Shown here: positions 10,375 to 22,400 of the stretch, piece by piece
Layout: every line of letters begins with the position of its first letter
How positions within the stretch are numbered: position 1 is the first letter of the stretch
Assembly: GCA_963786955.1 (NCBI GenBank)
Contig: CAWBAT010000008.1
Location: 256,001 to 320,000 of the forward strand
Source: an uncultured Acidimicrobiia bacterium
GTDB lineage: Bacteria > Acidobacteriota > Terriglobia > Versatilivoradales > Versatilivoraceae
Direction of reading: 5' to 3'
DNA: 64,000 bases
Translations under genes and position numbers: made by a program
Notes under the pieces: generated by a model
Database searches by the model: none
Seen by the model: only the letters and a program-made list of their open reading frames with translations
Told to the model about the DNA's origin: nothing

Positions 10375-12977
10375 TTATTGAGACTTTTTGATTTCATCGA
10401 GCAGATCCTGTGCGACCTTCTTGTCGATCGTCGCCAGCTTTCTGTACACCTGCATTGCCTGCTCCTTCTGGCCCAATCCGAGAAACGTGTGGCCGAGACC
10501 GTACTGAAGGTACGCCTCCTGGGGCTTAGCTTGGAGTAAGCGCTGATACATCATCAGCGCTTGTTGATACGCAGCGGTAGCCTTAGCACCCTTCTTTAGC
10601 TCTTTAAAAACGTCACCCATCATGCGGTAAACCGCCGCTGCCGTACTCGGTTCCGGCTTGAGCAGAAGGACGCGTCGATAAACGGGCAAAGCAGCCTCCG
10701 GATAACCCATGTCGCTGGTAATATTGGCGTACCCGAGGAGGTACTCTGGATCGTCCTTGTCGCTGGGGAAAGTTGCGTCGATTTGTTCGGCGAGCCCCTT
10801 GGCTCTGGCGCTATCGATTTTCTGTAACGTCTGCTGAACGGCGATGGCTTGCTCTTTCATCCCCATCTCAACGTAGGCTAAGCCGAGATTCGAATGGTAG
10901 ACACCTACACTGGGCTTGAGTCGAATCGCCTCCTTATACGCATCCACGGCCTCCGAAAATTGATCAAGTTCGTAATAGGCAAGTCCTGTTTCATTGAGAG
11001 TGCGAGCATCGTCGGGTCTGAGCCTGAGTGACTCACGATAGGCTTTTAGACCGTTTTCGGGCTGTTTCAGTCCAAAGAAATAGACTTCGCCGATCCAATA
11101 CTGCGTTTCGGCATCCTTGGGATTCAGACGAACTGCCTCTTGCAGCGTCGCCAGCGCGTTCTGATACTGGTCCGCAAGGTGGTAGGTCCAGCCGAGGCCA
11201 AACGTGGTATTCGCATCGTTTGGCCTCAGTCGCAGCGACTCTTTCAAGGCGGCGATTGCGTTCGGATACTGCTTCAATTCTCGATAACTGGAACCGAGCC
11301 ACGCATGGGTACTCGCCAGCGTCGGTACATCAGGCTTCAGCGTTATGGCCTTCTGGAACGACTCGACCGCTTTAGCGTACTCCTTCGCGTCGTAATACTT
11401 CTGCCCCTCATTGGAGAAATAAGCCGCAGTGCCCGGTGCGGTGCTCGCCACAGGCGAATTGACCGCGACCGGCTTATTGATTTCCGTTAGCAGCTTCTGA
11501 GCGTAGTCTTTATCAAGAGCGGCCAGCTTCCGGTAAACCCCCATCGCCTCGTCCTTCTTGCCAAGTTTTGCGTAGCTAAGGCTCAGCAAGTAAAGACTGG
11601 CCTGATCGTCCGGTTTTAGTCGAATTGCTTGCTGGAAGGCTGTCAACGCTTCTGGATATCTCCTCTGCACAAAAGTTGCATTCCCAAGCATAAAGTAGGC
11701 GTCGTAGTCGCCCGGCTTGAGCCGGAGCGCCTCTCGAGCTTCGGCTTCGGCGTTCTCGAAGGGCTTCAAATCTTTAGAATGCGAAGGTCCTAAAGCAAGT
11801 TCACTCCCTTGGCCCTGATAAGCAGTTGCGAGTCGCAGATGGACTTCGGCGTTGTTCGGCACCATCCGAATCACTTGCTTGTACGCCTCGATGGCTTCCG
11901 GATACTGCTTGAGCCGAGAATAAGCAATACCCAAGTCCATATACGCCGCACCCGAAGGAACGATCGAGTTAGATTTCTTTAGGTGTTCGATGGCTCGGGC
12001 ATAGTCCTTGGCTTCAAGAAGAGCTCTGCCTTTCTTATATTCCGCGGTCGATGCCTGCACGTCCGCGGCGCTCCCTTGCGCACGAGGCAGCTGAGACGGT
12101 GGCTGCGTCACGGGTTGATTGATCAAATCGGAGAGCGCCTGAACCAGCCCATCGACTCCTGACTGCGCCGCTGGCTGTCCATTGTTGGCTGCTGGCGGCT
12201 TTACCCGGATTGGATCAGCCTCCTGGCGCGCCTGGCGACGCGCGTTGTCGCCTCCAACAATCTTGTCAAATTCGGCATTAAGCGTTGGCGAGAGAAAGGT
12301 TTTGAACGTCTGAATTCCCTCCACGCCAAAGTTGGTGTCCCAGCGACCGTAGCGATACGGCGTCTGGTCACTAAACTTTGCCGATGTTCCGGCTGGGCCC
12401 GGGAAAGACTTGTCCGCCGCCTGGGCAACATTGTAATGGGCAACGTCGTACGCCCCGATAATGCGGCTCTCGTCTGGAGTGAAGCCTCTGAACTCGCGAC
12501 GGCCCGACAAAGTCTTGATGATTTCAATGAGCTGATAAAATGTACCGATCTGGCGCAGTGCTGTCTCCCGCGGATCTGGCGTTTCCATCGCTCGCATCAC
12601 ACGCTCCACGGAAGGCATCTCACTGAGATACGGCGGATTCAGCGCCTGCCCCGGTTGGTTGGCGCGGCAGCCGGTTTCCCGCTTGGCGCGCTCTGGACCT
12701 TGCAGACTTTCAACCAGCCATCCATCTGGCTGCGGATATTGTAGCGCTCGACGATGAGTTGACCGTTCTTCTCTTCTCGCCAGAAGCAGACCTCACCGCG
12801 AGCGTTAGACTGGCATCGCGTCACGATGTTGTCGGTCCCATCCGGACAGTGATAGGGCACGTTGAACTGCAGAGCTTCCTGCGCGGCCACAATCGAGGTA
12901 CAGATCACGACTCCCAGTAAGACGGCAAGGATCTTTCGCCAGGATAAAATACGATTCGAAGTCAACATTGGACACAC
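10375..12977 (-). CDS. Secreted TPR-repeat protein (N-terminus in ORF 12639..12977, frameshifted)
   Basis: Many TPR motifs (AYMDLGIAYSRLKQYPEAIEAYKQVIRMVP). The upstream ORF has a signal peptide and a Cys-containing domain. Confidence 0.85.
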
Positions 12978-13014
12978 TCCCTCGTCGGAAAACTTAAGTG
13001 ATCGTGGCTGGCAC

Positions 13015-13040
13015 AGACATGCTGGGGTTTGGCATGTGTG
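13015..13040. promoter_or_regulatory. Palindromic operator-like motif AGACATGC-N9-GCATGTGT
   Basis: A near-identical copy sits at 13613-13637; both lie upstream of minus-strand genes. Confidence 0.45.
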
Positions 13041-13063
13041 TGATGAGTCATACCACCTGTCTT

Positions 13064-13094
13064 GTCGGTACCGCCTGCGGTAGCAGGCTGGTCA
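13064..13094 (+). repeat. Solo copy of the RAYT-associated REP
   Basis: GTCGGTACCGCCTGCGGTAGCAGGCTGGTCA matches the array core. Confidence 0.8.
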
Positions 13095-13128
13095 GCCGAT
13101 GTCTGCACCACAATTCTTCGACAAGATC

Positions 13129-13443
13129 TTAAGACCTGGACTTTTTCATGGCTCCGATGAAACCCGGTCCGTTCAAGGAACCATCCTCATTGATCATAAA
13201 CTCAAGTTTGTCTCCCTGTAAGTCGAGCGTAAGCCTATTCCCGTCGACCTTGTAGGTACCTGTTTTTGTTTCGCCCATCATCGTCATGGACACCTTTCCG
13301 CCCGAGCTAAGATTGAGTGTGACTAGACCCGTCGTATTCGTGTACGTGCCCTCGAACTTAGACCCGCCACAGGCAACAACCGCGAGGATGAATGAGGTTA
13401 GCACCATAAAGGTAATGATTTGACGCATTGTCAAGAAATTCAT
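13129..13443 (-). CDS. Small lipoprotein
   Basis: RBS AAGGAG, hydrophobic signal with lipobox VVA-C, beta-rich body (GTYKVDGNRLTL). Confidence 0.8.
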   Translation of the reverse strand: MNFLTMRQIITFMVLTSFILAVVACGGSKFEGTYTNTTGLVTLNLSSGGKVSMTMMGETKTGTYKVDGNRLTLDLQGDKLEFMINEDGSLNGPGFIGAMKKSRS

Positions 13444-13612
13444 TGTTATCTCCTTAAATGTGCGCAGGGAAGGTCCCACGCATTGTCCGCTCAAAATAGT
13501 CTGACTCCGGAAGCCCGATTACGAATCATTGGGTATTGAACTCCATAGAGCATCGCGCGGGCAGGTAGGAAGACCATCATGCCACTCCAGAAGAAGAATC
13601 GTCGGGCGGCGT

Positions 13613-13637
13613 AGACATGCTGTGATCTGGCATGTCT
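13613..13637. promoter_or_regulatory. Palindromic operator-like motif AGACATGC-N9-GCATGTCT
   Basis: Perfect 8-bp inverted repeat; the downstream GATGA is also shared with the 13015 copy. Confidence 0.45.
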
Positions 13638-13748
13638 GCGATGAATAACCCTCCAGGGCTGGACCCAATACTAATCAAAGGATTGAATTGCACCCTATGA
13701 CACTCGCAGACATCAAGAAAACGATGTCTGAGCCACCCGCGATTTCTT

Positions 13749-14267
13749 TTACGCGAAGATCTCCTGATAGGCTTCCTGATACTCCTGGTAATCTGAATTC
13801 GAAAAGGTCACGAAGATCACACGCTCTAGGGTAGTCCCCGCCTCCAACTCTTTCTTCACCGTCTGCAGGGCCGTGCGGCAGGCCTTTTCGATGGGATAAC
13901 CGTAGGCGCCAGTTGAGATTGAGGGGAAAGCGATGGATTGAAGCCCATGCTCATTGGCAATCCGGATACAGTTTCGATAACAATTCTTGAGTAATTCCGC
14001 TTCTTCCGTGGGGTTTTTCCCACTGTAAACCGGTCCAACCGTGTGAATGACAAATTTTGCGGACAAGTTGTAGCCTTTGGTGATTTTGGCTTCTCCGGTT
14101 TTACAGCCATGAAGCGTGCGGCACTCCTCGAGAAGTTTCGGCCCCGCGGCGCGATGAATTGCACCGTCCACTCCACCTCCTCCGAGCAGACTCGAGTTTG
14201 CCGCATTCACAATGGCGTCTACCGCCTGCCTTGTAATATCGCCCATGAGGATTTCAATGTGTGTCAT
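13749..14267 (-). CDS. ymdB: Macrodomain O-acetyl-ADP-ribose deacetylase (YmdB-like)
   Basis: GDIT...DAIVNAANSSLLGGGGVDGAIHRAAG, VIHTVGPV, SIAFPSISTGAYGYP. Confidence 0.92.
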   Translation of the reverse strand: MTHIEILMGDITRQAVDAIVNAANSSLLGGGGVDGAIHRAAGPKLLEECRTLHGCKTGEAKITKGYNLSAKFVIHTVGPVYSGKNPTEEAELLKNCYRNCIRIANEHGLQSIAFPSISTGAYGYPIEKACRTALQTVKKELEAGTTLERVIFVTFSNSDYQEYQEAYQEIFA

Positions 14268-14292
14268 GAACGATGACCAACCTTTTCGTCGC

Positions 14293-14453
14293 TTAGTACT
14301 GGGTTCATAAATAAGGCCACGTATTTTTGATGGTGGAACGCGCCCTACCGCGCGTTCAAGCTTGCGGCGGGGACAGCGGTCCCACGCGCCCCCTCCACCC
14401 CGTCTGTTGGCAGCTCGTAAATACGCCAGTACATTTATGAAACCCAGTACTAA
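14293..14453. mobile_element. MITE-like element with ~20-bp terminal inverted repeats
   Basis: TTAGTACTGGGTTCATAAAT ... ATTTATGAAACCCAGTACTAA, with internal hairpins; non-coding. Confidence 0.6.
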
Positions 14454-14500
14454 GGCTAAAGAGTCAATTAACGCGGCCTTTGTTTTTGTGCTTGGGAGAT

Positions 14501-14538
14501 CATAAAGCCGCCTCCTGGTTAAGGAAGGCGGCTTTATG
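14501..14538. terminator. Intrinsic terminator-like hairpin
   Basis: CATAAAGCCGCCTCCT...AGGAAGGCGGCTTTATG, 20 bp past the stop codon of the large minus-strand gene. Confidence 0.65.
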
Positions 14539-14558
14539 CGTTACGGTTGGTTTGAGGG

Positions 14559-17500
14559 CTATTGACTGCTGCCGATAAAAGCCCCATCGCCCGTCCGTTG
14601 CCCTGGACCGGCGCCATCATTGATCACCGCATAAGTGACGAACGGGTTGTTGCCCGCTGTACGGCGCACGCGGGCGTAGCCTTGTTGTACCCCTCCCGGG
14701 GCGCTATTCAGAATCGTCCCGATCTGAGTCCAGCCATGAGCCTTGAGGACAATGGGCTCCATGGTTTTCTTTAACGTTCCTGTCGCCCCATCATAAAGAT
14801 CGATGACAAAGGTGTCATCGTTGGCATCGGTTTCGCCGGTGTTTACAATCGCCAGATTGGTCCGGTTTTCAGAATTCTGCTGCAATCCGAACACCCAGGC
14901 GCTCGTGGTCGAAGCCTGGCCATACGGCACCGCAGTATAAAAGAGTCCAAAACGGCCGCCCACGGTTCCTCCTGCCGCGGAAGTCCGTGCCCCTAAGACC
15001 ACTCCGCTGATATCTCCGCCCGTGGCCGTGGCGAACAAGAGCTCCGGCAATCGTGGTGCCCGCCGCTCCAATGCCAGCTACCGCATTGCTTCTCATGTAG
15101 GCAAAAATGTCCGGAATGATCTGCTGCCGCCCGGCTGGGATGTTAATACTAAAGTGAGCCGTCTTATCCGCAGTCGTAATGGCATCGGCCACAAAGCTGA
15201 AGTTAACAGTGCGAGCCTGGCTGGAAAAGTTGGCCAAAACCACCTCACTGATGAAGGTGGTGGTCTGAACTATGACCGGCAAAGTCAATCCAGTCACGGC
15301 TGACGTGCTGGCGGGTTGAGGAGTCAGAAATGAACCATCCGAATTGACCTGATCATTGACGACACCGTAGGCGTAGTAAGGGGCGGTGCCGCTGGTCCGC
15401 TCCACTTTCACATATCCGTTCGTCAAGGAGAGGCCATTCGATGCGAGCACGCCGCTGATCTGATTAAAGGCTCCTGGCTCCAGGACAATCAGAGGCAAGA
15501 CTTGGGAGAAGGAACTGTTGCCATCGAAGACAGTGACTCGCAAGGTAATGCTCCCGGCCCCTGCAGCTCCCGCGTTTTGGAAAGCCACATTGGAACGGTC
15601 GGTGGTATTCTGCCGCAATCCACAGATATATGAAGTAGTGGTTAGAGCCGCGCTGTATGGTGTTCGCGGATTCAGCCAGCCCGGCGCGGTTTAGTTGAAT
15701 TCCCACCACTGTCTTTCCCTTGGCTGATAGCCGCCGCGCCGCCGTTGGAGACGGTTATGCCTGGATAGGCCAGCCCGGAGCGGCCTATTAGGTTCCCACC
15801 GGTATCCTTGACCAGTGTCGTGGTTCGGGCGGTGATGCTGGCATCTGAAGCCAAACTGAGATTAGAAAAATGAGCTCGCAAGGTCCCAACCCTGCTTCCC
15901 GTGTCCGGTATCGAGAGCCCTTTGGTCTTCAGATAGTCAATGGCATTCGAAAACACAGACTGGCCTGGAGGAAGGGTTGTCGATGCGGTTCCAGTGCCTC
16001 CGCCAGCGGTCGCTGTGTAACTCAGATCAACGTTAGCCGTGGAGGTTCCCAGGATGGTGAAGGTCAGCTCCGTGGTAAAGAACGAGCCACCGACTCCACT
16101 GCTGGAAAGCACGACGGGCACGAACAGGTCAGTTGAAACGCCACCGCCGCCGCCACCCCCGCCTCCACCGCCTGAGGTTGAGATCGTGAAGTTGCCGTTG
16201 CTGGTATCGGAAACCGTTCCAGCGGCGTCGCTAACGCGTATTTTAACGGTGGTGGAAGCTGAATTGGGGACCGTCCAACTGTAGCTGCCCGTGTTCGACG
16301 TGGAAGCGACGATAGTCGAGTAACTGGTTCCGCCGTCGGTGGAAATTTCGATTTTGACGTTGCTAACCGTTCCGGTAGTCGTCCAGGTAATGTTATGGCT
16401 GGACCCGACCACCCAATTTTCACCGCCATTGGGAGAACTCACTGTAACGGTTGCAGAGCCTCCACCGCCCCCTCCTCCACCACCTCCACCACCGCCGGTG
16501 CCTGTGTAGATAAAGATGCCCTGGTTTGCTGCATACACAGTCGCGTGATCGGCATGGCTCACGTCGATTTCAGTAGCAGAGAATGGCAATCCGGACTGAG
16601 CGATGGTCCATGTCCCCGCAGCATCAGAAGTCCGCAAGACGAATCCGTCTACGATCGCAAAGAGAACAGAGGGTGTCGTGGGATCAATTGCTATGTTGTT
16701 GGCGCTGATCAAAAACGGAAAGGGACAATTGAGTGGGCTGCCCGCATAGTGGATGTTTCCGAAGCCTGGGTCTGAATAATTCTTGATCAGCTGCTCGATT
16801 CCGGAAGTGGTGTTTTGCCAGAAGCCGCTATCGTCGAGTTTGTATATACCTCCGTTGGCTGTGGAAGAAGCGACCAAAGAAGCATAGACATTGGAAGAAT
16901 CGATAGGGTCGACGGCAAGGTCGAAAACACCTAGCGTATTGGGCAATCCGGCTCCCAAAGGACTCCAACTCAATCCACTGTTGGTGCTCTTGTAGATCAA
17001 GGCCGGGACCGAGACTCCCGAGTATAAGCCTGCATAGAGAACTGCCGGGACCTTAGGGTCGACAGCTAGCGTATTAACGACCGCACCACCACCCAAAGGC
17101 AACCCTGTAACGGAAGAATTCCAGGTCGAGCCAGCATCGGTGCTGTGGTAGATCTGGGTATAGGCTACAGCATAGATCCCATTGGGATCCACCGGGTCAG
17201 GCACGAGCACCGTGGGAGCAATAAATCCAAAATTGTCCGCGGGGGTTGTAGTGAGCGTCCAACTGCTGCCCCCATTGGTGGATTTGTAAATCCCAGGCAA
17301 TGAAAACGTAAAGCCTCCACCTAAATCCTGCACCGTGGCATTCTGAATCGACACGTAAAGGATCCGATTACCCACCTGGCTCATCGCCAATCCTCTTACC
17401 ATCAGGCCCTGCAAGCCTGCATTTTTTGCGGTCCAGTTGTTTCCACCGTCGGTACTCTGAAAAACTCCCTCTCCAAACAAACCGGCGAAAATCGTGTTCT

Positions 17501-18613
17501 TGTTGGATGCATCTAGTGCCATGTATTGGACCAGGGCTTTGATTCCTGTGTTTTTGAGGGCCCAGCTCGTCCCAGAATTTGTGCTCTTCAGCACACCGTT
17601 TGCCAGGGTTCCGGTATATAACGTGGCAGAGTTGGTAGGATCGACCTCGATGACGAGAGCACCGAAATCTGAATTACCCAGGTCGACAGCGTTCCATTGA
17701 CCTCCGCCATTCGTGCTCTTGTAGAGAACACCAAGAGCGTTCGTGCTTGACGTTGCGATCACATACACATTGCTTGGTGTCAGGGGGTCGACAACCGGAT
17801 CCGTCAAATTCACTCCGCTAATGCCAGTATTCGAAAGTTGCCACTGCCCGCCGCTGTTTGTGCTCTTGTAGACGGCATCCGCCACAGTGATGTAGAGCGT
17901 AGCGGTCGTCTTCGGGTCAATCACCGGAGTTCCCAGAGCCTGCCCACCGGGCAAACCCGTACCGGCGGAGCTCCAAGTGCCGCCACCGTCCGTGCTTTTC
18001 TGGAGCCCGGTTGTCGTACTGGCGTACAGAATGCTACTGTTGGTGGGATCAACTGCCAAAGCGTAAGCTTTCCAAGTTAGTTTCGTCCAAGTCGTTCCTC
18101 CGTTGGTACTCTTGATGACGTAATAGTCCAGTGTCGTGCCGACCTTTGTAATTACGGGGGCATAGAGCGTGCTGCTGTTCTTGGGATCGATCACCAACGA
18201 CTTGGTTCCATCGCCGCAAGGGAGCTTCGTGTCCAGAATGGTCCAGTTCGCTCCTGCATCGGTACTCTTGATGACATTGCCGTTGCCAATGTAGAGCGTA
18301 TTGTGGTTGGCGGGATCGATCAGGATTTTGGAAGCGCCTAAATACACGTTCAGGTTAATCCAGTTATTTCCGCCATTGGTGGTTCTATAGATTCCCGCAT
18401 AATTTGACAGGTAAATAATGTTGTGGTCCGTGCGGTCAACGGTGATCTGAGCAACATATCCACCCTCCGGACCATTTCGGGCGGTCCAGTCAAGGGCAAC
18501 CGCTGTCTGGGAGAAACCAGCTGTAAAAATCCCCCAAAGAATCACTGCACAAGAGAGCCAAGAAATTAAGAATTCGTTGTCGCTTTTCTGATTCCAAGTG
18601 TTGTCTTCGTCAC
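14559..18613 (-). CDS. Large secreted BNR/Asp-box beta-propeller protein with Ig-like and duplicated C-terminal domains, paralog 1 (frameshifted)
   Basis: Many KST(N/D)GGxxW repeats, poly-Gly linkers, SPNGGENWVVGSSHNITW domain. ORFs 15672..18695, 14869..15618 and 14559..15071 are colinear with paralog 2. Likely GTG start at 18613 after GGAGA, by analogy with paralog 2. Confidence 0.8.
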
Positions 18614-18698
18614 GGTGATTTCTCCTGTTCATCTTTACATGGGGTACGGAATGCGACATGCTTCCACATTCCGGTGTAATCGTCTCATTGCTCATTTG

Positions 18699-19104
18699 TT
18701 GTAGCCGGGGCCGTTGGCCCCGGACAACAGGCCTGGAGGCCTGCTACTACTGTCTTGTGTGGCGACAGGGGTCCACGCCTGTCGTGCGCTGTTACCAATG
18801 TCACTTGTAGCCGGGGCCGTTGCACCCGGACGACCGGCCAGAGGTCTGCTACTACAGCCTTGTGTGGCGACAGGCGTCCACGTCTGTCGTACGTTGTTAC
18901 CAATGTCACTTGTAGCCGGGGCCGTTGGCCCCGGGATAACAGGCCAGAGGCCTGCTACTACAGTGTTGTGTGGCGACAGAGGTCCACGCCTGTCGCGCGT
19001 TGTTGCCAATGTCAGCCGCAGGCCGGGGCCGTTGGCCCCGGGATAACAGGCCAGAGGCCTGCTACTACAGTCTTGTGTGGCGACAGAGGTCCACGCCTGT
19101 CGTG
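18699..19104. repeat. BIME-like mosaic REP array, 4 units of ~105 bp
   Basis: Each unit has GTAG-CCGGGGCC-GTT-GGCCCCGG, then CAGGCC-..-GGCCTG-CTAC, then a CGACAG...CTGTCG hairpin. Confidence 0.9.
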
Positions 19105-19471
19105 AATTGTTTCAAAGGGGTACTAATACAACGCATCAAAAAGGCGTCGCAATCCCGCTTTGTTAGCCACGCTGAGCTAAGCGAGGCGTGGGTGATTCGT
19201 AAAAATCCATGATGCGGTTGTATTAGTTTCCCACCGCTCGGCAGCAACCGTCTATATCATCTGCTATCAGAACATGGCTTGCCTAGTCAGTGCTCCGCCC
19301 TCTCTCAAAGCCCAGTCCTCAAGATATGGACTGTGGGGGACGATACGACCGTGATGAGGCTTCACTATGAAGTTGCGCAAAAAGAGCTCAAAAACCGTCA
19401 GCAAATACGAGCAAGATTCATTCTCCCTTGAAAGGAAGACGGCTTCATCCGCAATACGGCTGACAGGAGGA

Positions 19472-22400
19472 TCATTGACTGCTGCCAATATAGGCGCCAT
19501 CTCCCGTCCGTTGTCCTGGACCGGCGCCATCATTGATCACCGCATAAGTGATGAACGGGTTGTTCCCCGCTGTACGCCGGACCTGGGCGTATCCTTGTTG
19601 CACTCCCGGGGCGCTATTCAGAATCGCGCCGATCTGAATCCAGCCGTGAGCCTTGAGGGTGACGGGATCCATGGTTTTGACGAGGTTTCCGGTAGCCCCA
19701 TCATAAAGATCGATGACAAAGGTATCGCTATTGGCATCGGTTTCGCCGGTATTCACAATCGCCAGATTGGTGCGGTTTTCCGCATTTTGCTGCAGTCCAA
19801 ACACCCAGGCGCTCGTGGTAGATGCCTGGACATTCGGCACGGCCGTGTAAAAGAGCCCGAAACGTCCGCCCGCACTACCGCCTGATGCAGAGGTTCGAGC
19901 GGCCAAGACCACGCCGCTCAAGTCACCACCCGTAACCGTGGCGAACAAGGCTCCGGCAATCGTGGTTCCCGCCGAGCCTATCCCGGCCACTGAATTACTT
20001 CTCAAGTAGGCAAAGATGTCCGGAATGATCTGCTGCCGCCCGGCCGGGATGTTAATGCTAAATTGGGCCGTCTTGTCCGCTGTCGTGATGGCATCGGCGA
20101 CAAAGGTAAAGTTGACGGTTCGTGCCTGACTGGAGAAGTTGGTCAAGTCCAATTCACTGATGAAGGCACTTGTCTGGACAATAACTGGCAAGGTTAATCC
20201 AGCCACGGGGGTAGTTTCGCCTGGCTGAGGGCTCACGAAAGAACCGTCGGAATTGACCTGATCATTGATGACTCCATAAGCATAGTAAGGAGCTGTGCCG
20301 GCAATTTGCTCCACTTTCACATATCCGTTCGTCAAGGATAGACCATTCGATGCGAGCACGCCGCTGATCTGATTAAAGCCGCCTGGCTCCAGGACGATTG
20401 AAGGCAAGACCTGGGAAGAGGAACTGTTTCCATCGAAAACTGTGACTTTCAAGGTAATGCTCCCCGCTCCTGCAGCCCCCGCGTTTTGGAAAGCCACGTT
20501 GGAACGATCGGTGGCATTCTGGCGCAAACCACAGATATATGAAGTAGTGGTTAGAGCCGTGCCGTATGGAGTTCCTGTTTCAGCCAGCCCGGCGCGGTTT
20601 AGTTGATTCCCACCAATGTCCTTCCCTTGGCTGATGGCCGCGGCACCGCCATTGGAGATGGATATGGCTGGATAAGCCAGCCCGGAGCGACCGATAAGGG
20701 TTCCTCCACTGTCTTTGACTTCCGTGGTGAGGCGGGCCGTGATGCTGGCGTCGCTGGCCGAGCTGAGATTAGAAAAATGAGCTCGCAAGGTCCCAACCCT
20801 GCTTCCCGTGTCGGGTATCGAGAGTCCTATGGTCTTCAGATAGTCAATGGCATTCGAAAACACAGACTGGCCACGTGGAAGGGTTGTCGATGCGGTTCCA
20901 CTTCCACCACCAGCGGTCGCCGTGTAACTTAGGTCAACATTAGCGGTTAAGGTGCCACGGTTCGTAAAAGTCAACTCCGTCGTAAAGAATGAGCCACCGA
21001 TTCCGCTGCTGGAAAGCACGACTGGTACAAACAGATCGGTTGAAACGCCACCGCCCCCACCGCCTGAGGTTGAGATCGTAAAATTGCCATTGCTGGTGTC
21101 GAAAATTGATCCATCATCGTTGCTGATGCGAATCTTAACGGTGGCAGAAGCCGAGCTGGGGACCGCCCAACTGTAGCTGCCTGTATTCGACGTGGAAGCG
21201 ACGATGGTCGAGTAACTGGTTCCGCCATCGGTGGAGATCTCGATTTTGACATTGTCAATTGTTCCGGTATTCGTCCAGGTAATGTTATGGCTGGACCCGA
21301 CCACCCAGTTTTCGCCGCCATTAGGAGAAGTCACAGTGACGGTTGCAGTGCTGCCGCCCCCCTCCTCCGCCTCCGCTCCCACCGGTGCCGGTATAGACCC
21401 AGATCCCTTGGTTAGCTACGTAAGCTGCCGTGCGATCGGCTAGGCTGATCCCAATTTGAAAGGGGGAAAACGGCAAACCGGAGTGAGCAACTGCCCAGGT
21501 GCCGGCTCCATCCGTGGTGCGGAGAACAAATCCATCCACGACCGCAAAAAGAGTAGCCGGAGTATTAGAGTCGATAGCTAAATTGGATGCGGTGGTTAAG
21601 AATGGGGTCGGGCAATTCGGTATAGCGCCAGCATAATGAATATTGTCATATTGCGTAAGAGCGTAGTCGGTAATCAGCGGTTTGATTTCGGAGGTAGTGT
21701 CTTGCCAGCTTCCGCCGCTATCGATGCTTTTGAAAACTCCGCCATTCACGGTAATCGAAGAAAGGACCGCTGCATAAATGGTCGAAGAAGTTTTGGGATC
21801 GATGGCTAGGTCATAGATACCTAGCAAGTTGGGCAGTCCCGTAGACGAAGGATACCACATGATGCCGCCATCGGTGCTCTTATAGAGAGAGTTACCGGAT
21901 GTAGAGTCATATAAACCCAAGTACAAAACCATCGGATTCTTGGGATCAATGGCGAGACTGTTCAAGAAAGCGTTGTCGGGCACGCCATTTCTAGAAGTAA
22001 ACCAAGTAGTACCTCCATCGGTGGTACGGTACACGCCGGCAATACCCAGCGCATAGATCCCATTCGGGTTGACCGGGTCTGCAACGATTTTTGTCGGAGC
22101 AGATGAAAGAAAGTTATCCGGGGGGATGATGGTGGCTGTCCAGGTTGCCCCGCCATCGTTGGATTTAAAGATGCCCGGTAGCGAACCACCCGTACTTGGA
22201 GTAACGGCGTTATTGACGGAGGCCCAGAGAGTATGGCTTCCGACCGGACTGATGGCCAGAGCCGCGACCTGTTGACTTCCCAATCCCGCATTGCGCGAAA
22301 CCCAATTGTTGCCACCGTCAGTACTTCGAAAAACACCGAAATCGGGGATGCCTATATAGATTATGTTCTTGTCGGTGGGATCCAATGCCATATATTGGAT

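Noticed and set aside
16141-16500. Poly-Gly CCGCCA/CCTCCA tracts as contingency repeats
   Set aside because: Codon-varied in-frame linkers between domains, not pure microsatellites.
18699-19104. CRISPR array or protein-coding repeats (ORFs 18685-19105)
   Set aside because: Whole ~105-bp units repeat with no unique spacers; the ORFs are translations of palindromic repeats.
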